64,000 bases of DNA. Origin: Mytilus trossulus (lineage: Eukaryota). The notes under the pieces were generated by a model. The model was given only the letters and a program-made list of their open reading frames with translations. It was not told the DNA's origin and did no database searches. The stretch spans positions 14,384,001-14,448,000 of the forward strand of contig NC_086379.1 in the NCBI RefSeq assembly GCF_036588685.1, read 5' to 3'. A program made the translations under genes and the position numbers. Positions 46,449 through 58,537 of the stretch are shown here, one piece after another. Position 1 is the first letter of the stretch; every line of letters starts with the position of its first letter.

Positions 46449-47041
46449 TTAAGATAGATTGAAAGCAAATTCAAGTTTTTAGAGCATAATACAACTGAGG
46501 AATTTATGTCCAAATGCAATATGATATGCATAACACTTTTTTCTGTTAATGCATATGTGCTGTGCATATGTTGGAAAACATTTTGGATTTATTCTTTAAA
46601 ATTTTTAATTAGGGAACATATCCATTTCTATTTGGAGGTGCTCCTAATTAAAGGAGGCTCATACTAAGAAGAAAAAATCAAACACGATAAAGGTCATATT
46701 TGCCTTAGGAAAGTGAAAGCTTTTGCAAATGATACGTAGGTTAGAGTTTACTCATAACTACAAAAGGGGGACTTAAAAGGACAGAGGGACAGTAAAACTC
46801 ATAATTTGAAGAAAAAAATGACGCCATGACTAAAAAAGACAAAAAAGACAAACAAACAAACAATAGTACAAAAAACACAGCATTCAAAATTACGACTAAG
46901 CAACTGGAACCCTATCGAAAACTAGGGTAATATCCGGTGAACAGTTACTTAATTTTCTCAACTTAAAAAGTAGAAAATCCAATGGAGACAAAGCACATAG
47001 CAGAAATGACAATATTACAAAACAAATTTAATGACAATAGC

Positions 47042-47312
47042 AAAGGTACCAGGATCATAATATAATACGCCAGACGCGAGTTTCGTCTAGATAGGACCCA
47101 TCAAAATACTAATAAAGCCAAAAAGAACAAAGTTTAAGATTATTGAGGACCTAAAATTCCAAAAAGTTGTGCCAAATACGGCTACGGTAATCTATGCCTG
47201 GGATAAGAAAATCCTTAGTTTTTTTCGAAAAATTTAAAGTTTTGTCAACATGAATTTTATCCAAATGACCATGTAATTTATAGTCGTGTCAATACCGAAG
47301 CGTTGAATACTG
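47042..47312 (-). mobile_element. Single decayed copy of the hammerhead repeat family
   Basis: aaggtaccaggat...tacgccagacgcgagtttcgtctag...gaggacctaaaattcc...caaatacggcta, matching 23002-23186 and the 41.9-43.0 kb copies. Confidence 0.75.
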
Positions 47313-49417
47313 TAAGTATACTCCTTGCAACGTCAAATAGATATTACCAAACATAGAATCAACAGTAAATGTAATAATTTAAAAAGACAAATAATGAACA
47401 CTCTAACACATTACTAATATGATAACCAACGTTAGTACCTAGAACCTAAACTTGAAGGCCAACTTGTATTATTTATGAAGTTGATACGAAATATTTATCA
47501 ACAATGTCTTGGTATCTTCCAATTAACATTTTACGAAAAAGGACGAGACATTCTTTGATAATACCCTGCTTCAACAACTGTCTGCGCAGACACTGGTGAC
47601 GTTTAACAAAGTTTAATGAATACTAGTAAAATCACCTAGTATATAAATAAAACAAACCCTGCCTGCTTTTGAAATATTTGATTCTGATTTAGATGTTGTT
47701 GTTTTTTTAAATACATCTTATTGAACTGTTATCACATGATAAACAGAATATTATTACGTAGTGTACTTCAAAATTAACCAATTTAAAAGGTAAAAAATGA
47801 AATAAATAATTTCTATATATCAACCATTTAGCATTTGGTCATCAATTGTGAATAGGTTTGTGTTTTGAGTTTTGTAATAATATATTGGTTTAAACCGAGG
47901 CATGCGATAACAAGGAGCATAAAAATCAGAAGTCGAAATGGAACTAGCAGTACCATGGTAAACAATCGCACAAACAAAATAACACATAGGCAAGTTAAGA
48001 TTGGGCAATACGAACAATTTTTCTTTTTAATTTAGATAGCTATTGCACCTCTCCTTCCTCAATTCAAAGTCAAATTACATGTAAGAAATTAATGGTAGTT
48101 GAGTCAAATAGAATTTTATACTTTTCTGTACAAGTCACAAAACAAATCATTGGTTTAATGAAATATCTTTAAATTTGCTTCTGTGACATCCCGGAATATT
48201 CAATTAAATCAAACTTGGTAAGATATGAACTTACAAAGCAAAGTTACTGATCAAGGAAAGTGTGTCTATGCGCCTGTTGTGGCACAAAAATCTACCATGT
48301 ATCCAGTATATTCTCTCTCGGATTAAAAACTTTATAACAGTTGGCCTATTATAAGACAAACACCAGAGAACATACGATCAATGTCCTAAAATACTCTAAA
48401 ATTTTCAAATATTTTGAGTATTTTAAACAAACGTGATACATAGCTTTCCAAAACAAAATGTTTATTCTGATAGTGCGCATTTGCAATAAAATTTTACATC
48501 TGTGAGGAATTAAAACATTGAAGGAATGTAACATGCTGTCCCCGTATACAAATTTTAACAATATTTAAACTATACAGCCAAACTTTGTGCAGTGGTTAAA
48601 CATAAATGTAAATATGTTGGCAACAAAACGTTTGACTTGAATGTCAATAGATGATTTTTTAACAAATTGGTCCGGGTTGACACATGTATCCTTCACATCG
48701 TCGCAAAAGAACGTTTTTTTTTACTCTATTATATTATCTTAATAATGCATTGACTTTTGAAATCAACTACCACCTGAAAGGTTGCTTTAGAAGGTTTTGA
48801 ATATTTACGTTATGTGTCTTTTGTCATAAAGCTCTTCAAGTATATATTTATCATAGAATTTTAAAGAACAAATGACGAAAAGGCCTGTTTTTGGCCCCCC
48901 TATTTTCTCATTTTTCAAATTTTGTTTTGGAAAGCTATGTACCACGTTTGATACCCAGAAAGATGTAAAGTTAAATCATTAGCATAAAGATCAGTACACT
49001 CATTTTTGAAGGAATTTCAAATAACAATGAAACACAAATATTCGATTTTGTTGAACATCAAATTTCCTGGAAGGCGTTATAAATAAAAATATTTTTCTTC
49101 AAGAAGGCAACACCTTTATAACAGGAAATCAATTATTCGAGTATTATTTTGGTATTCGATTTGGTACCGAGCGATACTCGAGTACTCGTTTACATCCCTA
49201 GTATTAAAGCATTGTGTATAAATAAATAAATTGACAACACAAAATAGAGCATACTGCCATTAATTCTACTCTATATTTGCTATTCATATTTAAATACTCA
49301 AAATATTTGACGATGAGAGCTCGTTGGAATCGGAGCAGAGGCTTTATTTAACGTCTTTTATTTTCTTAATAAATCTAAATTTATACGATTACAAAATAAG
49401 CAGGTCCTATAACTTAC

Positions 49418-49561
49418 CTTTGAATCAGTCTGACATATCTTGAGAAACTTGATGCATTATTAATGTCGATTTCAGATGGATTTGCTTCTTTCCATACATG
49501 TTCAATGTTTAAATAATTTTATCTGATCATACACTTGACGTTTTCCGGGAAACTTTATATA
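49418..49561 (-). promoter_or_regulatory. Candidate core promoter and non-coding exon 1 of the ankyrin gene (copy 1)
   Basis: Minus strand: TATATAAA (49554-49561), TTCCCGGAA (49543-49551), Inr-like TCAGAT about 30 nt downstream, and a consensus donor AAG|GTAAGT at 49418/49417. Confidence 0.55.
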
Positions 49562-51202
49562 GTCGGTTACATTTCTTTACAACACTTGTTATAAGTATCA
49601 GTTTAACAATATAAAAGAGGTAATGTAAGGGGGTATTCATTTTGTAATATTTTAATTGGTAGTCTTGTTTTACTATCGTATTTTTTTTCCCATATCATAT
49701 ATTCTTTACATTTGATTATTTCCTTTATTATTTTGTCCTTATTTGTTTTGGCCATTGTTATCAGTTAAATATACTTTGCCAATATTTGCCTCACTGTAGC
49801 TCCCAAACCAGACCTTTTTTGTAATGTCTCACGTGGTGTGTCTATTCAATTACTGTACTTTTATGTACGTATTTAATTATACTTTGTAGGTCCTAATTTT
49901 CATTGTAAATAAGGGAAATCTGTGTGACAGATATTTTATTAATTATTGTTTAAATGCTTTTTTATTGTTTTGTTTTTTGTGTCGAATATTATTATCAAAC
50001 TTGGTAAGATATGAACTTACAAAGCAAAGTTACTGATCAAGGAAAGTGTGTCTATGCGCCTGTTGTGGCACAAAAATCTACCATGTATCCAGTATATTCT
50101 CTCTCGGATTAAAAACTTTATAACAGTTGGCCTATTATAAGACAAACAGCAAAGAACATACGATCAATGTCCTAAAATACTCTAAAATTTTCAAATATTT
50201 TGAGTATTTTAAACAAACGTGATACATAGCTTTCCAAAACAAAATGTTTATTCTGATAGTGCGCATGTGCAATAAAATTTTACATCTGTGAGGAATTAAA
50301 ACATTGAAGGAATGTAACATTCTGTCCCCGTATACAAATTTTAACAATATTTAAACTATACAGCCAAACTTTGTGCAGTGTTTAAACATAAATGTAAATA
50401 TGTTGGCAACAAAACGTTTGACTTGAATGTCAATAGATGATTTTTTAACAAATTGGTCCGGGTTGACACATGTATCCTTCACATCGTCGCAAAAGAACGT
50501 TTGTTTTACTCTATTATATTATCTTAATAATGCATTGACTTTTGAAATCAACTTCCACCTGAAAGGTTGCTTTAGAAGGTTTTGAATATTTACGTTATGT
50601 GTCTTTTGTCATAAAGCTCTTCAAGTATATATTTATCATAGAATTTTAAAGAACAAATGACGAAAAGGCCTGTTTTTGGCCCCCCTATTTTCTCATTTTT
50701 CAAATTTTGTTTTGGAAAGCTATGTACCACGTTTGATACCCAGAAAGATGTAAAGTTAAATCATTAGCATAAAGATCAGTACACTCATTTTTGAAGGAAT
50801 TTCAAATAACAATGAAACACAAATATTCGATTTTGTTGAACATCAAATTTCCTGGAAGGCGTTATAAATAAAAATATTTTTCTTCAAGAAGGCAACACCT
50901 TTATGACAGGAAATCAATTATTCGAGTATTATTTTGGTATTCGATTTGGTACCGAGCGATACTCGAGTACTCGTTTACATCCCTAGTATTAAAGCATTGT
51001 GTATAAATAAATAAATTGACTACACTAAATAGAGCATACTGCCATTAATTCTACTCTATATTTGCTATTCATATTTAAATACTCAAAATATTTGACAATG
51101 AGAGCTCGTTGGAATCGGAGCAGAGGCTTTATTTAACGTCTTTTATTTTCTTAATAATTCTAAATTTATACGATTACAAAATAAGCAGGTCCTATAACTT
51201 AC

Positions 51203-51346
51203 CTTTGAATCAGTCTGACATATCTTGAGAAACTTGATGCATTATTAATGTCGATTTCAGATGGATTTGCTTCTTTCCATACATGTTCAATGTTTAAATA
51301 ATTTTATCTGATCATACACTTGACGTTTTCCGGGAAACTTTATATA
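51203..51346 (-). promoter_or_regulatory. Candidate core promoter and exon 1 (duplicate copy 2)
   Basis: Same TATA (51339-51346), TTCCCGGAA (51328-51336) and donor (51203/51202) as copy 1. Confidence 0.55.
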
Positions 51347-51384
51347 GTCGGTTACATTTCTTTACAACACTTGTTATAAGTATC

Positions 51385-52202
51385 TGTAGCGGATCACATC
51401 ATTCAGGCAGGCATCAAATTATAATAAGACGATAACTCAAGTATGCGGTATAAATATGTATCTTTTATTCCTCAAAATTACACTTAATTTTGGCTTCTTA
51501 TACTCATATATTATATCAACCGATTCTCTACAATAGAATACAAATACAAATAATAGATATAGGAAGATGTGGTGTGAGTGCCAATGAGACAACTCTCCAT
51601 CCAAATAACAATTTAAAAATTAAACCATTATAGGTTAAAGTACGGCCTTCAACACGGAGCCTTGGCTCACATCGAACAACAAGCTATAAAGGGCCCCAAA
51701 ATTACTAGTGTAAAACCATTCAAACGGGAAAACCAACGGTTATCGTAAGTAAAAATATAACTTAAAGCACTACAGGCATAATACTAAACAAACAATAGGA
51801 AACACTTTCTTTCACGCTTAATGAATAACTTGTTAAAGTAAAAAGTTAATTGAAATAAATATACTTTTACAATTCTTAATATTTCTTCTTTAAATAAATA
51901 TTGTTCTTAAAAATGTACATAAATTATTTCTTACCGATTATGATCTCTCTATAAATAACGATGTGTCTCCGTAATCAAATAATTTGTAATGAATAAAAAC
52001 TATAGACAACGTAACGTACGTAAAAGGCTAAACGTCATAAAACTTTAAAAACGGGAAATATAGCAATTCATAAGAGCGCAACGTTACATGTATGCGCAAA
52101 TACCCAAAAATCGTATCTACAAGTATTACAAATAAAATAAATAACTTCAGTAATAATTAATGAAGTAACCCAACAATTTGGAATTACATTTCAAATCTAA
52201 CA
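51385..52202 (-). repeat. 3' LTR (818 bp, including an insertion of about 190 bp)
   Basis: Matches the 5' LTR by eye except at about 51549-51741. Confidence 0.95.
51549..51741 (-). mobile_element. Naiad 3'-end fragment inserted in the 3' LTR
   Basis: Reverse complement of about 38470-38657; replaces about 11 bp (cataagcatac) present in the 5' LTR. Confidence 0.9.
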
Positions 52203-52277
52203 CTCCCCACCATGACATTTCTATAAAATTGTCATCACACAAAAAACTAATAAAATATCAATTAATTATTGTAAATT

Positions 52278-55200
52278 CTATTGAGAACATTCAAGTATGC
52301 ATAGTTTTGTTACTGGTCTTAAAAATTTTGACTCTTTTGTTTTGATCACACAACTACGTATAAGACTATCGCGGCTCCTAATAACTTCAATTACTCGGCC
52401 TAATGGCCACTGTCCTCTCGGTGTATGGTCATCTGCAACGATTACAATGTCGTCAATCTGTATATCTCGCTGTTCTCTTTGCCATTTATTTCTCTGTTGT
52501 AGAGTTGGCAAATATTCACGTAACCAACGTCTCCAGAATACATTGGCTAAGTATTGTATCTGCTTCCACCACCTTTTAGCATACACATCTTTCTCGTCAA
52601 ACACCCCTTGCGGTATTGAAGTGTTGTTTTTCATAAGTAACAACATATTCGGTGTGAGAACTGGCAAATCTCGAGAATCATTACTGACTACTGTTATCGG
52701 TCTATCATTGACGATTCTTTCGGCTTCAGCCATAAAGGTAAGTAACTGTTCGTCGGTAAGCAGTTGTTCATTTGCAAGAGCTCTGAGAATTTTGCGTGTC
52801 GTACGAATCATTCTTTCCCATGCACCACCACGATGACTAGCGTTTGGCGGATTGAAAGTCCAATTAATATCCTTGTGTGACATGTAACTGGATATTTTTG
52901 TTTTGTTCCATTGATCAATATATTTCCGAAGTTCCGATTCTCCACTGACAAGATTTGTCCCGTTATCACTATACACCTTTTCAGGTATGCCTCGCCTGCT
53001 CGTAAAACGTTGGAAAGCAGAAATAAAGGAATCTGTAGTCAAACTATGAGCTACTTCTATGTGAACAGCTCTTGTTGTCAGACATGTAAAAAGGCAACCG
53101 TATCTTTTAACGACTGAACGTCCAACTTTAACATTTAATGGACCAAAGTAGTCTATTCCAACAAAGGTAAATGGTGGTTTATCAGGAGTTTTCTGATCGT
53201 CTATAACAGAAGCCATCTTCTGAAAACAGAGCGGTGCTTGATATCGTCTACATCTTACACACCTGTTCAAAACTGTTCGGACAGTACTAGGTCCTTTTAA
53301 AATCCAATACTTTTCCCGTAATGATGCTAGCACTTGTGCCATTCCTGTATGACCATTTTGTTCATGAAACGACCTGATTATCAAAGTGGTCACGTGATGA
53401 GAATTTGGTATAATGACCGGACATTTGCTTAGTGACAAGTTGAGACGTCTCTTGACGCGCAATAACCCATCATGCATAACAGGATTTAAAGATGCTAAAC
53501 GACTATCTTTCTTAACAGGATTTTGCTTTTCAAGCATTTTGATTTCATTTAAGAATGATTCTTGTTGTACATGTATCAATATATACCTTGTTGCTTCCTG
53601 TAATTCATCGGCATCTAAGCTGTCTGTCTTTATTTCATCGTCTCGTTTTAAGAAACGACGTATACAATATTTCTTGAAACGGATTAGCCATGCTACAGTC
53701 CGTTGTAATACTTGCCAGTTTGAAAAGTATGTAATTATATCGCGTATCGAATCAGTTGTAGTTGAGTTAATCATAACAACCTTTTTGATCTCAATATCTT
53801 GCTCGTCTACCGTTGATACAGCTTTTGGTTTCGGCCATTCATACGAGTCTTTCAACAAGAATTCTGGTCCATGGAGCCAAAATTTGATCTGCTTATTATC
53901 TGTTGCAAGAATGCCTCTAGATGCTATGTCGGCAGGATTTGATCTTGTATCTACGTATCGCCACTGACCTGGTGATGTCAACTCGTGAATGCTGCTCAAT
54001 CTGTTTGCAACAAATGTTTTAAAACGACGAGATTCATTCTTAATGTATCCAAGTACTATCATACTATCGGTCCAAAACACTACGCTGTCAATCTTAATCT
54101 CTAATTCGTCTCTAATTATTTCGTAAAGTTTGCATGCAACAACGGCACCTGATAACTCTAGATTGGGAATTGTTGTCTGTTTTAATGGCGCTAAACGAGA
54201 TTTCCCCAGAATAAGTGAACAGTTCACTTTTCCATTAGTGTCTACTAGACGTAAGTAAGCGCATGCTCCATAACCAATTTCAGAACCATCGCTAAATATA
54301 TGAAGTTGAGCATCAGATATTTCTTTCATGTCTTTTGTCTTGAAGCATCTAGGTATTGATATATTTTCAATTTCTGGCAGAGTCGATTTCCATTTTATCC
54401 ATTCTTCTTCTTTTTCTTTTGGTATAGGATCGTCCCATCCAAGCTTAATTGACTGTTTACTAAGTTCTTGTAATATAATTTTCCCTTTTAAAATGATTGG
54501 CGCTATGAGTCCCAGTGGATCAAATATCGAACTTACTGTAGAAGTTATTCCGCGTCTTGTCAGCGGCTTCTCTTCGAGTTTGACTTTATATTTGATGGCA
54601 TCATCATTTACATCCCATATTACGCCTAGTGCGCGATCGGTCGGCAAAGCTGTGTTTGACTTCAAAATTTCAACTGAAGGTGCTCGTTCCGAATTCGGTA
54701 TTTCGTTTATAACGACTTTACTGTTACTTAACCACTTCGTTAATCGGAATCCACCACGTTTCATAATTTCTCGTAAATCCGTTGCAAGCTGAACGGCCCT
54801 TTCTTCCGTGTCCACTGACTTCAAGAGGTCGTCTACATAAAAGTTTCTTTCTACGGTTGATGCTATCTCTGTATCAAATAACTCACCGTTGTCGATAGCT
54901 GTCTTTTTCAATGCGTATGCGGCACAACTGGGCGATGATGTTGCACCAAACAGATGAACCTGCATCTGGTAACATTTTGGCTGTACCTTACCATAAAAAT
55001 CGTAAAGCATCACAGTCATCGTCTTTCACGCGGACTTGATGAAACATAGCCTCTATATCAGCAGCTAATGCAATGTGGTCTTGTCTAAATCTCATTAGAA
55101 CTCCTACCAAGCTGTTCATAAAGTCTGGACCTTGTAATAATCGGCTATTTAGCGAAACATCTTTAAATTTGGCTGCACAATCGAAGACTACTCTCACCTT

Positions 55201-57879
55201 TCCGGGTTTATGTTCATTTGTGACAGGGTGGTGTGGAAGGTACCATATGTGACTTGACTCATTACTTACATCAGTAACTTCCTTTGCATATCCTTTTTGT
55301 ATATAATCACTTACTGTTGCTGTGTACATTTCATGCAGCTTCGGATCATGTGACAATTTGCGGTGTAATTGATTCAATCGAGCATGTGCTAAAGGCAAAT
55401 TATTCGGCAATTTTACATTTTCATCCCGCCACGGTAATCCGAGTTTATAGTGTCCATCTTCTTAGGCTATTGTTGACTCCATTGTTTTCAAGGCGCGTTT
55501 ATCCTCCAGAGACATGCATACTTTCTCCGTGCTAGGCTGATCGAGAAAATCAGTGGTCCAAAGTCGCTCTAACTGCTGCTGCAAAATTACATTATCTGCA
55601 TGCTCAAAATTGACGTTAACTACATCACTGGTGCTTGTGTTGTTGATTGGTCCTCTAACGATCCATCCTAAGCGCGTTCGTACGGCATATGGCTCATGAC
55701 TACTTCCTGAACGCACTTCTATCGGAATATGTGCTTCTGGTGTATCGGTGCCTATTAGAAGCAGAACTTTATTGCTGCTTATTTCTGGTATATAAATATC
55801 TGACAAGTGTTTAATACTCTTAATATCTTTATTATTTGCGGCTGAGTGTGTCGATATCGGTAGATTTTTAACTGACCATACCTTACTAAGTGTTATCGGA
55901 CAGTTGCTGCCAACTGATTGTACATGTAAGTCAACCTCTTGACCTTCATGTCGGACTCGCTGTGCTGTTGCTGTTGTCATTTTAAATGTAACCGGTCTAC
56001 TTTCGGTTTCTAGCATTTTTATCAAACGCTCGTCACATAACGTTTTATCCGCTCCATCATCAATCAAGGCATAAGTTTGACAAGTTTTCCCATTTGACCC
56101 TTTAACCTCGACGGGTATAATTCCTAGACAATTCTTAATAACTGTCCCGGCGGATGAACAATGGACGCTTACCTTTGTAGCCGTGTGATCAGTGTTGTTA
56201 TTTTTACCCCAACTATGCATTAAAATGTGATGTTTAGAGCTACAATTTTCTACAGTACACATTTTAGCTTTTCTACAGTCCCTTGAAAAATGTTTACCCT
56301 TTAAACAATTAAAACATAGCTTAGCAGTTCTTACAAAATTGACTCTATCGGTTAAACTCATAGACTTGAATTTTACACACAATTCTAAATTATTACATGT
56401 ACCATTACAACAAATACATTTACGATCTTCTGTCGTAGCCTTGCTGTCATACATATTATTATTAGACGCAAATGTAGATACCTTCTCTCTTGTATTCATA
56501 TCAGTACGTTTGTCTATATCTTTTCTATATGTATTTGAGTTTTCTCTTACGAGATCTAGACCAAACATTGACGAAGCTAGACGAGACTTTTTATCAATAA
56601 AATTTGCTAAATCAGAAAATCTAGGTTCTCTACCATTTTCAGTTATGGAATGAGCAATATCAACCCATTTTACCCTTAAATGCATAGGTAAACGCTTTAC
56701 AATCTTTCTAAGATTATCAGTATTATCTATATCAGAAACATATCCTAATTGTGATAAAGTTATCTCACACTTTTGCATTTCAAGAGCTAATTTTGAAAGT
56801 GACTCAAAATCTGACGCCTTTATCGGGGCACCATATACAAGATTTTCTATATAAGACCTAACTATCATGTGTGACCTGCCATAACGTGAGTGTAAAATAG
56901 ACCTAGCACGTTCATAACCCTTTTTCTCTAACAATACACAATCTTCAATCGAAGATTTAGCCTCACCATTACAATACTGTATTAAATAACTTAACTTTAA
57001 CTGATCATCTGTAACTCTACATTCAACATTCGTTTCAAAGTTCTTTATAAATTTGCAGTAATCTGTGGGCTTTCCATCAAAAGTCAAAAGTTCAGGTTTA
57101 GGTAGATTGAATCCTTCTTGTAGTGTTGATGCTAATCTTTGGAATGCAGTATCGATGCTGCTGCTTGACTGTAAACTTCCGGCAGTGGTGCACTCTATCC
57201 CTGAAACGGCATTTTCTGTACTCTTTGTTGTAACATGTTCCTTATTATTAAGTGTCTTATTTTCTGTGTTAAATGGCACGTTTATGTTTTGCTGGATCTT
57301 AGATGTCACCTCAGTATCTTCTTCTTCTTCTTCTTCTTGCCACACAGATTCTTCTAACTTTGCTTCTTCTAGCTGACTTTTTCTTTCTAACATCTGTTCT
57401 TTCATTTCTATTTCTCGACGAGCGCGTTCTAGTTTTTGCTTTTCTTCCATTTTCTTCACTTGAACCTCGGCCTTTAAGCGGTTGGCCCTCGCTAGCTTCA
57501 GCCTATACTGTGTTGACGATGAAGTCCGAGACACCGACGTGACACGGCTATTCTTGTCTTCTTCATCTTTTGTAATTTCTGGTTCGCGCATCCACTCATT
57601 GAATCTTTCACGAAATTCTGTAAAGTTTTTCTGTGAACTATCAAAGTTCATTTCTAGTGTTTCAAAAATATCCGAGTTTGTACACAAATCCAAACATTCC
57701 AGATGTGCAGTTTTAAATTGTTCATATCGGTCGCACAATTTTGTGAATAATGTTTTCACAAGTTTCACATTATCCCGTGAAATCATCTTTGTTTCTAGTT
57801 CATTGTATAACTTAGTTAGCTGAGACAAATTAACTGTTCTTCTCTTCCGAGATTCTTCATACGCTTCTTCGCTATCCAT
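52278..57879 (-). pseudogene. BEL/Pao gag-pol polyprotein broken by one stop and one frameshift
   Basis: Three Cys/His knuckles (CICC..., CFNC...H...C, CTVENC...HH...H), protease ALIDDGA, RT WYLPHH/RVVFD/YVDD, Pao RNase H IFSDGS...KSRLAP...TDS, integrase HHCC plus GIDYFGP/SDNGTN/WER. In-frame TAA at 55462-55464; frameshift near 54990 after LRFLW. Confidence 0.93.
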
Positions 57880-57901
57880 CTTTTTTGGAGTAATCGAGAA
57901 T

Positions 57902-58537
57902 TGTAGCGGATCACATCATTCAGGCAGGCATCAAATTATAATAAGACGATAACTCAAGTATGCGGTATAAATATGTATCTTTTATTCCTCAAAATTACAC
58001 TTAATTTTGGCTTCTTATACTCATATATTATATCAACCGATTCTCTACAATAGAATACAAATACACATAAGCATACATCGTAAGTAAAAATATAACTTAA
58101 AGCACTACAGGCATAATACTAAACAAACAATAGGAAACACTTTCTTTCACGCTTAATGAATAACTTGTTAAAGTAAAAAGTTAATTGAAATAAATATACT
58201 TTTACAATTCTTAATATTTCTTCTTTAAATAAATATTGTTCTTAAAAATGTACATAAATTATTTCTTACCGATTATGATCTCTCTATAAATAACGATGTG
58301 TCTCCGTAATCAAATAATTTGTAATGAATAAAAACTATAGACAACGTAACGTACGTAAAAGGCTAAACGTCATAAAACTTTAAAAACGGGAAATATAGCA
58401 ATTCATAAGAGCGCAACGTTACATGTATGCGCAAATACCCAAAAATCGTATCTACAAGTATTACAAATAAAATAAATAACTTCAGTAATAATTAATGAAG
58501 TAACCCAACAATTTGGAATTACATTTCAAATCTAACA
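57902..58537 (-). repeat. 5' LTR (636 bp)
   Basis: tgtagcggatc...caaatctaaca, repeated at 51385-52202. Confidence 0.95.

Larger units (their letters stand above)
51385..58537 (-). mobile_element. Full-length BEL/Pao LTR retrotransposon with 5-bp TSD GTATC
   Basis: TG...CA LTRs; TSD at 51380-51384 and 58538-58542; PPT GGTGGGGAG at 52203-52211; domain order gag-PR-RT-RH-IN. Confidence 0.97.

Noticed and set aside
48349-50347. Duplicated 70-aa ORF pair as a small gene family
   Set aside because: Non-ATG starts and no motif. They lie in the duplicated segment next to a TAGGGATG hAT-like terminus (about 49200), so they are likely transposon-derived non-coding DNA.
52297-57823. Plus-strand ORFs of 68-184 aa (and 5421..5873)
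   Set aside because: Antisense shadows of the BEL/Pao and LINE coding frames.
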